Positions 1 through 12,800 of a stretch of DNA of 64,000 nt are shown here, one piece after another; positions within the stretch are counted from its first letter, which is position 1, and each line of letters opens with the position of its first letter. This stretch comes from Auanema rhodensis. Lineage: Eukaryota > Animalia > Nematoda. A program made the translations under genes and the position numbers. The stretch is from the NCBI GenBank assembly GCA_964057225.1, contig OZ059895.1, positions 8,308,001-8,372,000 on the forward strand. Direction: 5' to 3'. The notes below the pieces were generated by a model. The model saw only the letters and a program-made list of their open reading frames with translations, searched no databases and was not told where the DNA came from.

Positions 1-2040
1 AAGCAATAAGAACAATTTTAAAATAAAACATCTGTTACTGGAGGATCATATATAGTAGATCTAAGCAGCTATGAAGAGTATAAAATCTTTATCGCTAAGC
101 ATGCTGTAAGATACAAGACCATAACTAATTGGGAATAAAAAAGTGAAAGTTGAGGATCGTATGAAGCGTGATGTGTGAGAAATATATAGAAACTTTGATA
201 AAGAACAAGATGAAATTTTAAAAAGCTCTTCCTCTGAAATTGAGAAAGAAACAAAAGAAGATAGTGTGAGAAGCAAAGTAACAGTTGCTAAATCGTTCTT
301 TCCTTGGTTAGGATCTCTCAAATATTTCTCTTTTTCAGTTTAGTTGGTCCGGATGTGTAATGAATGCGACAGAAGACCTGTCAAAGCTTATCAAAAAACA
401 CAAAGACTAAACAGCGAATGAGTTCTAGGTGAGAAGCAAAACAGAGAAATTAAAATGAACGATATTTATGTATGTAATATACAGCCTGGCGAAATGAGTT
501 TTAAAAAACGACAATCCATCATCAAAAAATGACAGACTTTTGAATAGATATGTCAAACATAACAACAACTAGTACAAACTATGTATTGCAATGAGATTAT
601 GAAAATATACTAAATCATGCATGAAACATGGAAAAATCCAAAATTCACAGGATAAATAGAGAAGACCCAACTGCTTTTAAAAGATAAGATCTGCCGAATA
701 TGGGACGGTACGGTCAAGACTTAGATCAAGCAGCTCGTTCTTCAGATAGGCCCTGGGAAATAAATCTTGTTTCAGTAATTTTCTTCTGCATTGAAAACAG
801 CTATTAAGCAGAATTACTTTGTAGAAAACGAGCTAGATAACTGTAAAATGTAATTAAAACCAGCAAATTCTCAAGCGTACAGGCAGCTGGGTGCCCATCC
901 AATTAAGAATTATCCAAACATTGGAATTTGGAAAAACCATTCAAATCATCAAAATCCAATCTTGCCCTTTAAAGTGACCTTGTTACATCAGTTTCTTAGT
1001 GCAAGAAGGATAATGTAAATCACCACCCAACATTTTTTAAGAGGAACGCCTGTCAAACTATTTCGACAATTTTGTGGACAGTTGATAAAATAATGAGTAA
1101 AAACAGAGTGTATACCCAGAAAAACATTGAAACATTACTGAAAAAAACATAGGTGATCATAAAATAATAACAAATTATAAATTATTAAATCATGTTAACT
1201 ATAAAACTACGATCTTTTACGTATTTTTGGTAAGTTATTATCATTATAATGCCTATCTATTGCTAATATTAGTGTAAATGATTAATTTTTTGGGTATAAA
1301 TAAAAATTTAGAAATAATAATAATTAGTATTAGCGAACTTTGTTCTAATAGAGATTAAAATCTAAAGATTTATGATTGTCCTTAGAGAACGCAACCGACA
1401 CGTAAAAGTTTAAATTGAAAATGATGTTTGTAATTAATATGCTAATCAGTTATAATAGTGCTCATCAAAAAATATTGATTAATCATTATTTTATATTCTA
1501 ATTGAATATTATGATTATTCATATTATACATAGAATAACCTTTTAATTCAAAATTAAGCATGTGATTATAAATTTGATAAATTGTTTTAATAACAACTAA
1601 ACTCAAATTGAAGAATTGTAAGAAATGATATTGGAGGATGAATTATAAACAACATGTATGCATGTGCTTATGTTAATCATCAACGAATTGTTGACTCATT
1701 ATTGACGATAAACAGTAATTTAAATAAAAAACATTGAAATATAAAGCTATTATTTATTACAAACTACAAATTTAAAAAAAAAGCTCATGCAATAACAAGA
1801 ACTATTAATTACATCATAATCTCAATATTGCGAGTAGAAACTAAATATACAAAACCCGTTTGTTTAAAAGGAAGGTGTCTAATACTAACATACCCGCTGA
1901 CCAGCAAATAACAACATGGAATGTGGAAACATATTAAAGTTCTAAAGAACCGAGATAAAACACATAGTGTCAAATGAATACAAATATTAAATTTTAGTTA
2001 AATTTAGATAAATTGAAATGAAAACTAAGAAAGAAAATAC

Positions 2041-5000
2041 TTAAATACAGGTGGAAGGTACATGTCCTGTGAGTACATATTTACCCGACGATGGGCCTAA
2101 AGGAAAATATGTAGGAGCAGGTGTGGTTGGAGGCAGGTATGAACTGATTGGACTCTCATAAGCCGAATCATTAGATTCACATGGAGAAGGAATGTATTGG
2201 TCAAAAGAATACTGTTTATGACGTTTAGAGCTGCAAGATGTTACAACAGCGGACGGTAACAGGCTGTCGTGTCCGAGTTGGTATGCAGAGCTGGAACTTG
2301 AAGAAGAGCTGGAGCTGCATCCCGGATGATGGCGACGCCGAGCGGAAGAGGAACGTGGACGACGCACTGCCAACAACAGTACGATTATGGCCAGAATCAG
2401 CAGAGTTATTCCGAGGAGAAGTGGAGCCAAAAAGCCTTGAAGGAGCATGCATTCCCCAAGTTGTTTAAGAGGTTGTCCCTTCATGTTCTCAGGTGATGCA
2501 CATAGAGCTTCAGAAATTAATCCAAGTGATCTAAAAATATGAATTAATACAAGTTTGAGATAAGAAATAGCATACCTTAAGTCACAATCACAATGCCAAC
2601 TGTTATTTTGAAGCATGAGAGATGGTACACGAGCAACATTCATTTCAGGTGGAATTGAAACCAACTGATTATTGCTTAGATCCAGATGACGGAGTGGAGG
2701 AAATGGGTTGAAAGCTGCTGAGGAGATGGTAGCCAAGGAAGAATGTGCCAATGAAAGCCAATTAAGAGCTGATAAACATACAAATGCTGACATCTGAAAA
2801 ATAAAAATTTAAAAACCCGATTATGAAAACTGATAAATACCTGAATTGTTCGAAGATTCGAAGAATAAGACAAATTTAAATATCGAAGAGATGGTAAATC
2901 ATCAAAGCTTGCTGTTTCTAGCACAACGAAGAGATTGGAACTGAGATCCAATACACGTAAAGATGGTAGAGGCCAAGCATTTCCAGGAAGGCGTGTAAGC
3001 ATGTTGTTTGTCATATTGAGTATAGTTAAATTATCCATTCCAAAGAAAGCAGCATCTTGAATTTCTGATAGGATGTTTGAAGAAAGATCCAAATATTCTA
3101 ATTCCTTTTGAGCATTGAACATGCCAGTTTCTAACTATAACATGTTGAAATGAAAGAATTCGTGTTAAGGCTTCACATACCGTAGGAAGAAGATTGTGTT
3201 GAAGATGAAGTCGTTGTAAATTGGGAAGATTAGCCATCAAACTAGCGGGCATAGCATGAAGCTGATTGAAAGATAAATCCAAATTTTCCAAAGCAATAAC
3301 TGGACGGAAAATTGATGGTGGCAAGTAAGACAGACGGTTATTGGATAGCAGAAGAGCTTTGAGTGATGATAAGCCTGATAAGCTATCCTGATTCAATTCG
3401 ATTTCATTGTAAGAAAGATCCAAACGCTGTAAATAACGAGTATATTTATATAATATATTTTCTAATATTACCTTTAAGTTACGTAAATTACGAAAACCAT
3501 GGCTGGGAAGAAAGAGAATGTGATTAGATGAAAGATCTAGTTGTTCCAAATTATTTAATGAAGCAAAAACATCAGATGACAGATGGCTGATGGTATTATT
3601 GCGCAGTGAGAGCTTCTTCAAATCTGAAATGAGGAAATTGAGTTATGAGAATTTTCTTGGTAGTTTTCAACAACACACTATCTTTGTTTTTCTTTCTTTT
3701 AAAGTGTTTAGAGAGAAAAAAAGAGAATACACATACATATGAATGTAGGAAATATCAAATATCAAAAGAGAATTAACCGAAAATATTGAATGAGAAGTTA
3801 ATCGTCTCTTATATATTGTATTGTTATACTATATACTATACACTATATATATATATAGTTTGTAAAGAATTGTTCTTCCTTTTACTTGATCAAAAGAATA
3901 ATTATAAGACTTTTTCATAAGGTGATCACAGAGGGCATTTGTAATGCGTCAAACGCAACAACTATGTCACAGGCAGCATGATCTCTGTCGGTATTGGGGA
4001 GTTAATTAAAGCCAAATGAATATTGGATGGCGTCATGTTGAGTTGTAAGGGTTAGTCTTTAAAGAATAAGACGAAGATGAATGTTGTCATCAACAGGTGA
4101 ATGAGAAAAAAAGGAAAAAGGACGAAGTAGCTTTAACTTGTAGAATATGAAAACTGGTTTCATTAACATGATAACCGGATATTTTTGAAAGAAAAAAAAT
4201 GTTATTAATAAATAAAATAATATGATAAATCTTTAAAATGCTGCTCAAGTTGATAGTTATTGCATGAATGATGATGCGCAGCGACAGGTGGTGCAATCCG
4301 TCAGTCGGTAAAACAACAAACGATTTAGACATAGTAGCTAATGATTATGCGCTTATGAATAAAGGCTTCCAATTTGGAAGAATAGCGAAGCTTTTGGTAC
4401 TCACATCTGTCCACTTGAAAAATCAAAAGAAAAATATTAGATAATCTCTTTTATCCTTTAACCTCTACTACTATGACTCTCGTTACCCTTCCCTCTAAAT
4501 AGTTCAAAAAAACATTTTTTGTTGTGCGATTGATTGGATGTGGAAGATGGAATGAGCTTAGAGATAACATTGGCAACTAAACAATTTTCTGGCTAAGAAG
4601 ATCAACTAGCACTTCATTGTTAAAATCAAACAAGCCGACATGTCTCTATTCCATTACAGCTTAATCAAATTCTCGAAATATCCGGCTGGGTTAAAGTTCG
4701 AAATCGCGGCAAAAATGAATTTTCCGGGAAAAATTAAATTTATATACTAAATTAAGTTAATTAGTATTATTTGAATTACGTCAAAAAGAAATAAAAAGGA
4801 ATATGGAGGTGAGAAGCCGAGGTCATTAGGTTGATCGTGATCTGATGTACTGCCGACAGCAACACGATATGTATCGTGGTGTCAAGATCGTGTCGGGATT
4901 CCGAAGTTGCTATTAGGTAATCCAAATGATGGGCAGTTGTGATACACAAGAGGAAAAAATTGAATGAGATATGGATATAGGCAAATTGAGAAAAGTAAAA

Positions 5001-5257
5001 GATATCTAAAGGTAACAATAGCCAGAAGAAATATATAACTTACTTGGATAAACGCTCAAATCGTCAGCAGATAATCGTCCAATTTGATTATTTGATAGAT
5101 CAAGTACTGTAATTCTTGGATCCAAAAGAATGGGAATTGTGCGGAAATGAGCTCCGGAGCAAATTGCAACAGTTTTGGTTGGACATTCACAGCCTGTTTG
5201 ACAAGCTGTGCTCAGAGTTAATATAACACTGAGTACGATGCCGTGAAGTAGCATCAT
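2041..5257 (-). CDS. Leucine-rich-repeat type I transmembrane protein (LRR-only, tartan/capricious-like); 6 coding exons approx. 5257-5045, 3623-3472, 3426-3181, 3134-2841, 2793-2576, 2530-2041
   Basis: Signal peptide MMLLHGIVLSVILTLSTA, LRRNT CQTGCECPTKTVAIC, many LxxLxLSxNxL repeats over several exons, LRRCT NSWHCDCDL...CASPE, TM helix LLLGITLLILAIIVLLLAV, Ser/Pro-rich tail ending STCI*; GT-AG introns restore frame. Confidence 0.9.
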
Positions 5258-6787
5258 CTATAATAAGAAATACTTAATATAAATTTAAAAAAAACATAGA
5301 AAAATCATGAAAGAATATAAAAAATAAATAAAACAAATAAATAAAAAGTAAATAAATGAATAATTCAAAGAGTAATGATGAATAGAAAACACCATACTCA
5401 GGTGAAGTGAAGCACACAACTGATGGAATGATGTGGTATAGTGCTTAAGATAAATAAAATATTGAACTTATTATATTCACATAGTAATATATCGTGGAAG
5501 ACTGTTAGTTCTCAGTAGAAAAGTGTGTGTACGTGTGTGTATGTGTGTGAAAGCATCTGGCTGAGAAACGAAGTTCACAAAATTAGTTTAAGCTTGTTCA
5601 TAAATTTTTTTATCAAGCTTTAGGCTGGAACGAATGATGATGAGAATAGGATATGGTATGAGAGAAGTAATGTGTTGAAAGAAATAAACAAATATACTGT
5701 TTACGGCAGATGATGAGAATGTGCTAATCTTCGAATAATGTGAGAGAGAAAGAGGGAAAGATATATGTGAAATGAAAGTTAGAGAGAGAATCTGAGAAGA
5801 AAGAAAAGTCAGACTTCTGTTTAGCAGATCGACTATTCATATACGGCAATTTGAGCAGAAGATTAGGTGGCAGTGTTGAAAAGATGAGCAGATGTGAAGA
5901 AAAATTAAAAATACAAGAGATGGTTAATAAGTAGTACGAAGATGCAAAAAACTATATACAGATGGTTATAAGGAAAAGCTAAAAAATGGGAAAATGTTAT
6001 GTTAAAACAATAAGAGAGATAGAGATGGAATAGAGATTATGATAAGAATATAATGAATACAACTGCTTTGTACTATTATAATTTATAAAATAAAACTATT
6101 AGTTATTAATTATTTATGTTAATTAACTATAAATATTAGAATAATAATGATATTTAAATTATTTTGTAGTAGTTATTCTCGAAAAGTTGTTGTCGGTAAG
6201 ATGTTAGACATAGGTCTATTACTGCGAGAACTTTGTACAGACTGACTGACAGGCACATCTCAGAGACTATATTCATTCATTTGTGTGGAGGTGGAGCCTA
6301 GCCAAGTGACGGGACGAGCAATCTGGTGGATTATGCATTAATTGCAACTGAATTATTGCAGAGATGGATGAGGTCGCTGAGGATTGTGTCAAAGGTTATG
6401 TATAGAGAAGGAGTAACGAGAGAAAGAAAGAGAAAAGAGTTGAAGAGTAAAGAGAATTACAAGCTCTAATATTCAGGTAATAGAGCATAAAGTCAAAATT
6501 AAGTAATTCATCAACTTAGCTTCAACATGAAACATATGATAGACATTGCAATTGAGGTTGAAATTGAAATTGAAAAAGAAATAGATGAGATTGAAACATG
6601 CTTATAAAGGTATTTCAATGAAACAAAGCAAAGATAGATTGGTATAGAAGGAAAAAAAGTTCAAAAGATGATGGTTCATCATCTTGTCTTCTTTCTTGAT
6701 ATGCCTCTCGTATCCTTATTACAATTATCAAGACATCACAACATTTGGTAAACAGAGATTGAATAAATGAATGAAAGATAGATATAT

Positions 6788-6799
6788 AGAGAGAGAGAA

Positions 6800-6834
<35 letters not shown>

Positions 6835-6842
6835 AAGAGAGA
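6788..6842. repeat. Compound (GA)n microsatellite with ~18-nt periodicity
   Basis: GA runs interrupted by AAA about every 18 nt. Confidence 0.9.
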
Positions 6843-9800
6843 ATACAGGTAATATGAAAAAATCAGAAAAAGACAATGTAGGCAGCAGTTGTTAGCTTCA
6901 CAAAACATGTTATCGTGTTTGTATTCTGTAATCCCAAGAACTGTTTTCATCAATATTGATAGGAACAAATAATAATTAATTAAAATAATTAAATGTTATA
7001 ACTAAATCTACATATATAAATATATAAATAAGAAGAAAACTTGTTGAATTTCATGTATTGACGATAATTCTTAGAAATAACAATGGAATATTCTTTTTAG
7101 CGCATACACTACCTGACTACTATAGTATATAAAACTCTTAAAACCATTTCTTTGATTGTATGTTGAACGATGAACGGCGACAACTCAAGTAAATACTTCA
7201 AAAGACCTATATTCAGATGAGCAATCGTTCCGACACATCCCTTGACGGAAATCTCAGTGCCTCTTCGGCAGAAAGCAGCCAACACCTCGTCATTTCTAAA
7301 TGAACATCCATCTGTCTCGTCGATGAAGAAGAAGAAGAAGGGAGGGAGGGAGGAAAGGTTAAGAATAAGAGAAAGAGAGAGAGAAAAAGAGAAAGATAGA
7401 AAGATATGAGAGCGAACTGTCTTTGATGGTAACGGAAACGGCGGAAGCTATGCGAATATTCAGATATACAGAAAGAATAATCATTTAGACAATACATATA
7501 GTTCTTTTCAATCATGATTGCATAGGTTGGCAATAAAAAGAGAAAAAATTATTTTCAAAAGACCAGCTGGCGGCATTCATTTCTGAATTTAGACAGCAAA
7601 ATCTAAATTAGGTTTGGGTAAGCAGAAGACAATGTTGACAACAATTGATACATAGCCCAGAAGATCTTGCCCTTTTTAAGATTTTGGCGCTTATTTTTCT
7701 TATTTGAAATCTAATTGAAAATATGTTTTTTAATGTTTCAGCAATGTTATGATTAAAATTGGACGAGACTAATGATATAGAATGGCAAATGATGAAGTAA
7801 TATTGGCATGGATGAGTAATATCCATAAGAGAGTGAGAGAGAGAAGGAGAAAGAAGGAATGGAGGGAAGGTGAATAATTTGTTAAACTATTTTCATTCGT
7901 TAGTTGAGCAATTTAAGTTTAGAATATAATAAGAAATACAAGATAAAATTACAAAAATATAATATTACGATTCATTGAATCAACACTTTCAGACATAAAA
8001 AAAGAAAATGCTGAAAAGAAAGAGAAGAAGAAGTTAAAAAAAATGTTGTGAATGAGATGAAAAAAAACATTTTGATGGCGTGTGGTCGTCGAGACTGTAG
8101 ATTGACAAAGATAAAAACTACGATTTCACATAAAAAATGAGAAGAAAAAGAGTTTTGTATAGATTCTGGAGCTAAAAGAAGAAGAAACATTTGAGAAGAA
8201 AAAAAGGTAAAGAAGAAGAAGAAGAAGAAGAAGATAACGATAAGTGTGATGATGATTGGAAAAAGAGTTGAATATTGCGAGTAAATTTGATGTGTTGATC
8301 TTATTCTAAATGACATTTATGGAGATAGATAAGAAAAAGAAAAGCCAAAAGTCATAAAAACATGAGATATTGATGATGACACAGTGGTGACAAGATGATT
8401 TGTCCTCTCTTCATCTCTTATTCTCTCACTCTTGTTCTACAAGTACTGGTGAAAGAAGTGGTGGGGGGGGTATACATAGTAAGACTGTGACTGACCATCA
8501 TCAACAATGCATTCTAAGAATCAACGAGTCATCAGGAGAATATGAACACGTATGGTTTGATGAGTTTGTTGATCTGAATGACAAACCATCATCAAGATAT
8601 AGCACAGATTTTGGGATTTATTGGCTTATTCAAACTACAAGCGGATGATCAAGCTAACGGATGGTTAGACTACCAGCTGAATGATCCAGACGCCAATGAA
8701 GCGTTGACGATGTAAGATAGGCATCACAAGCTTATTAGCTCCAGATATTTCGATAGCTAATTAGCTATATATGTTTGTATATATATGCTCATTAATATAG
8801 ATCTCAGGCTGTCGAGAATGACGAACAGTAATTCAATTTGTCCTCAGGGCTATTCTTCAGGAAGAATTTGTGAAGGAAATATCGCTACTTATCTCATACA
8901 CACAAATTTATACATATAGTATATAGTATATAGTATATAGTTAAACATAATAGTTAAATTCAGACAATAATAAGAGTAAAACTGAGAATTTTGCAGCAAC
9001 GATATGTTAGCACAAATTGAATGGTTACTGCATTAGAAATCAAGCTTCTAAGCTTTAACTCATCGATCTATTATTGCTACTGTAATTTTTGGCTCTCTTC
9101 TTAACTATAGGTTTTCGGTGTTCCAGCCAAAAAAAGAGCAAAAAAGACCAGCAGATGGGGTACGGTCAGCAAGTGGAGAGGCCACTTGACGCTCAGGCGA
9201 TGCCGATCCTAACGTTACGACAAGCTGGAACACTAGCTGGAAGAGATGAATGCTACTGATGACGGATTAAGACGATGAGACAAAGAGCTCAAAGGTTAAT
9301 AGAATAAAATACAAAGAGGGAATAATCAGATGAGCTTGAGCTATAGGTTGGCAGAATTCAGATTTCAAATAAGGCCCCGATCACTTCAAATTCAATAGAA
9401 GATCATTTATAAGATTATTATTATTATATATATATATAATAAAAATGAATATTACAGTAAAAGTACTGTAATATTAAAATATAAAATATATAGTAAAATG
9501 TACAAAATAGAAATTAAAAGATAAGAAAAACGTCAATGTCTTATACTAAGAAATAATTTGAAAACTATATTAGAAATCATTTTGATAATTGAATCAATAC
9601 ATTCAATTACCACACCCAATATGAGATATCAGAAGGAAAAGAGATGGTGATGAAAATGAAGATGAAGACGAAGAATTGGACGACGAACAGCAGCAGCCAT
9701 ACCAGCAGCAGCCCAAGATTGTGCCTACTGCACGAAACTATCCTTTCTCTCTCTCTTTTCCTGCTTCTACTTCTTTCTCGTTATCTTTCTCTCTCTCTTT

Positions 9801-12800
9801 CTTTCTCTTTCCATCTTTCTCTATCTATCTTTCACTGTTTTCGCCAATTTCTATCTCTCAATCTGTTTCTTAACAGTGTTAACAATGGGGACACTAAATG
9901 AAAATAGAATTGATAGAATGGAATGATAACAAGTCGTTAATCTATCATTCGTAGACCGCCATTAGACTATTCCTAATTTAGAAATATGACAGACGTATGT
10001 AACATTCTTGAATGATGATGAACAGTTCGGTTTATTGGCAAGCAATAGCCAGTTACTTCAAATATCCAAAAAGAACAGCTAACAAGCTATATGGAAACAT
10101 TTTCACAAAAGAAAAAGTTTTTCAAATTTTAGGCACACAGCTATGAAAAATGTGTTCGAATCTCTTACTCAATATTGTCTGCATGAAGTTCTAGAAATAG
10201 AAGACGTCAGAACGATTTGTTCTGTTTTCTCTGACGGCATTTTCAGATGACGACGGAGAATTGCAAGGAAAATGAATGAATGGTTCGATGCGCCAAGCAT
10301 GGTCCCGTGGGTGCCAGAGCAAGAGATCGCCTGAGGGCATTCACTGACCGAAAAAAAGGAGGAACATAGCGAAAAGCTACAGAAGATTGAAGAGTAGACG
10401 TATATAGATATTTCATGAACTGAACGCATTGTGAGAGAACCAAAGAGATGGATGAACTCTTTGGAAATGAAACGTCAAATTGCTGTTGGGGGCCTCTACT
10501 TTAAGAGTTTCAAAACATTTTTCAAACAACAATATGAGAAAGTATGTCGAGTAAAAGCAAAAACCACTTTGTATATTCAAGTAAAAAAGCTTAAACTTCC
10601 AAATACAAACATAAAGCTATTTGTGAAAAACGGAATGAAAATGGGATTTTGATATGAGCTTCATACACGCTAGTGAAGAAGTGAAGATCACATCGCTCTT
10701 TCAACTTTGTTACATTACATATGAATGACAAAAAAAAACATAAAAAATGAAGAAAAGAGCAAACGATTATGATTTTTAAAGAATAAAATCAAAAGACTTA
10801 TATATTGAATAAAAACAATTATAATAAATATGAGAAGTATAGATAATTAGAAAGAAGAATTTTCTGTAATTTTAGAAACAAAAGACGAAGGAAAACGAAC
10901 AGGTGATGATGTAGAAGAATGTTACGTATGAGGCATGTAAGATGAGCATTAACCTGATTACTGCTCTGTATCTGCGCATCTTATTCAATTTGTGAAGACG
11001 ATTATAAATGGTACGGATCAATGAGAGTCAAAAGCATAGCAAGACGATTCTCATATTACATCAGAAGCCATTGACATAAGCGCACGGAGATGTTAAAGCA
11101 TTGCAGCAATGTGTCGAAGGCCAAATTATAAGGCCTTTACATAGTTGCAACCTTCAAACAAGAGGAATTATAAACATTTTTAAAATAAATTAATGAAAAA
11201 TAGATTTTCAAGTAGCTCAAACAGATTGATGAGTTTACATAGTTAGAAGGACTTCATCATCAGCTCATATGCCATATGTGATAGGTCGACTTCACGCAGC
11301 GAAAAGAGGGAAGCACATGGAACAGTCGTTGACATATGATGATGATGAGGTTGAAGATAATTATAAATTGAATATTATACAGCAAATTTATAAAGAAATG
11401 ACACGTAGAGAAGAGAAATTATTGAAAATGAAACAAGATTTCATATTGCCACAGAAAGCTTTTGCATCAAATGTTCATACCAGCTGAGATTATGATTGAC
11501 AGAATGGAAACATGATGGCGAATTTAAAGAAAAAAAATGAAAACGGAAAGAAGATTCAGATGATTAAGAAAAGCGGCAAAAAAAAATGAAAGAAATGAAA
11601 TTTTGCAATATTTGACTAAATTTCTTAGACAAAGTAGCAGAAAAATTGTGTGTATATCTAGTCATCGTTGTCGGCATTAAAGTAATCGGATAGATGAGCT
11701 GATCGATACCAGTAGTCCTTCCGATATTCTCTTGGATGCCCCACCATATCAGTCGTCAGAATCTGGCGGTTTCTGTGATTTAGCCGAATATAAAGGTAGT
11801 TAAAAGATAGTCTCTCATATGCAAATTATCCATCCCAAAATGTACTGACTTGTAGAATCGTCAAGAGAATACGAAAGCCCAAGCGAAAAGGGCTGAAGAT
11901 GACGGATATAGATATGAGGATGAGGAGAACAACAGTCAAGTGATTATAATTACTTTTTTGAGAAGATAGAGAGAAACAGAAAAAAGGTTAAAAAGGTTGG
12001 ATAGCTGCCGACGCAATACAGTTCCAGATTCTTAGCACGATCTGGTCAAAAACGGATTACCGTCTCAGCAGGTTAAGGATCATCTGCATAACGATGAATA
12101 CAAAAGAGACTATGAAGTAAGATAGCGAAAAAAAGAATTTGCAAAGACCTTTCTTTATGAAGAGCTTAAGATTATGATTAACTATACATAGTAAGAGAGT
12201 GAGGGAGAGTAAAAAATATAAGTAGGATATTCAAAAATAAAGTAATTAATTGATGAGAAACGAATGAATGAGAGAAATTGGTGAGAAAAGGGGAATATAG
12301 TCACAGATAACAATAATATATAAGAAAAAAATTGAAATATACGATTAAATGAGAGCTAAAAATAAAAAAATATTAGTATGTTGTAAGTTATAAGAAGAGA
12401 TACGAATACCGAATGTTGTCATGTTATTCCGGTAAGCATGCAATATTCAATTATTCTCTTTATCACATTTGTTTACTTAGATAGATAGAGGAAGAAAAGA
12501 GTTTGATACGTACAAGAAGAAGAAGAAGAAGAAAGAAACAAAACAAGGAAAAGGATAGTCAGTCGCTTTCTAGAAAGGATCACCATAGTTATATCCATAA
12601 ATGAACAGTTCAATCTGCAATCCGATAGGCATATTCAATAGATAAAACAAACAAAACCTTTTAGATGTATGTATCTCTATTCATTAGATGTATATAAGCA
12701 AATATATTGGCTAAATGGTTGTTGTTCTTCTATAACCGCTAGTTACATCACTATCCACCGTCGGTTCATTTCAGTACTCTTATGCAGCACTGTCTTGACC

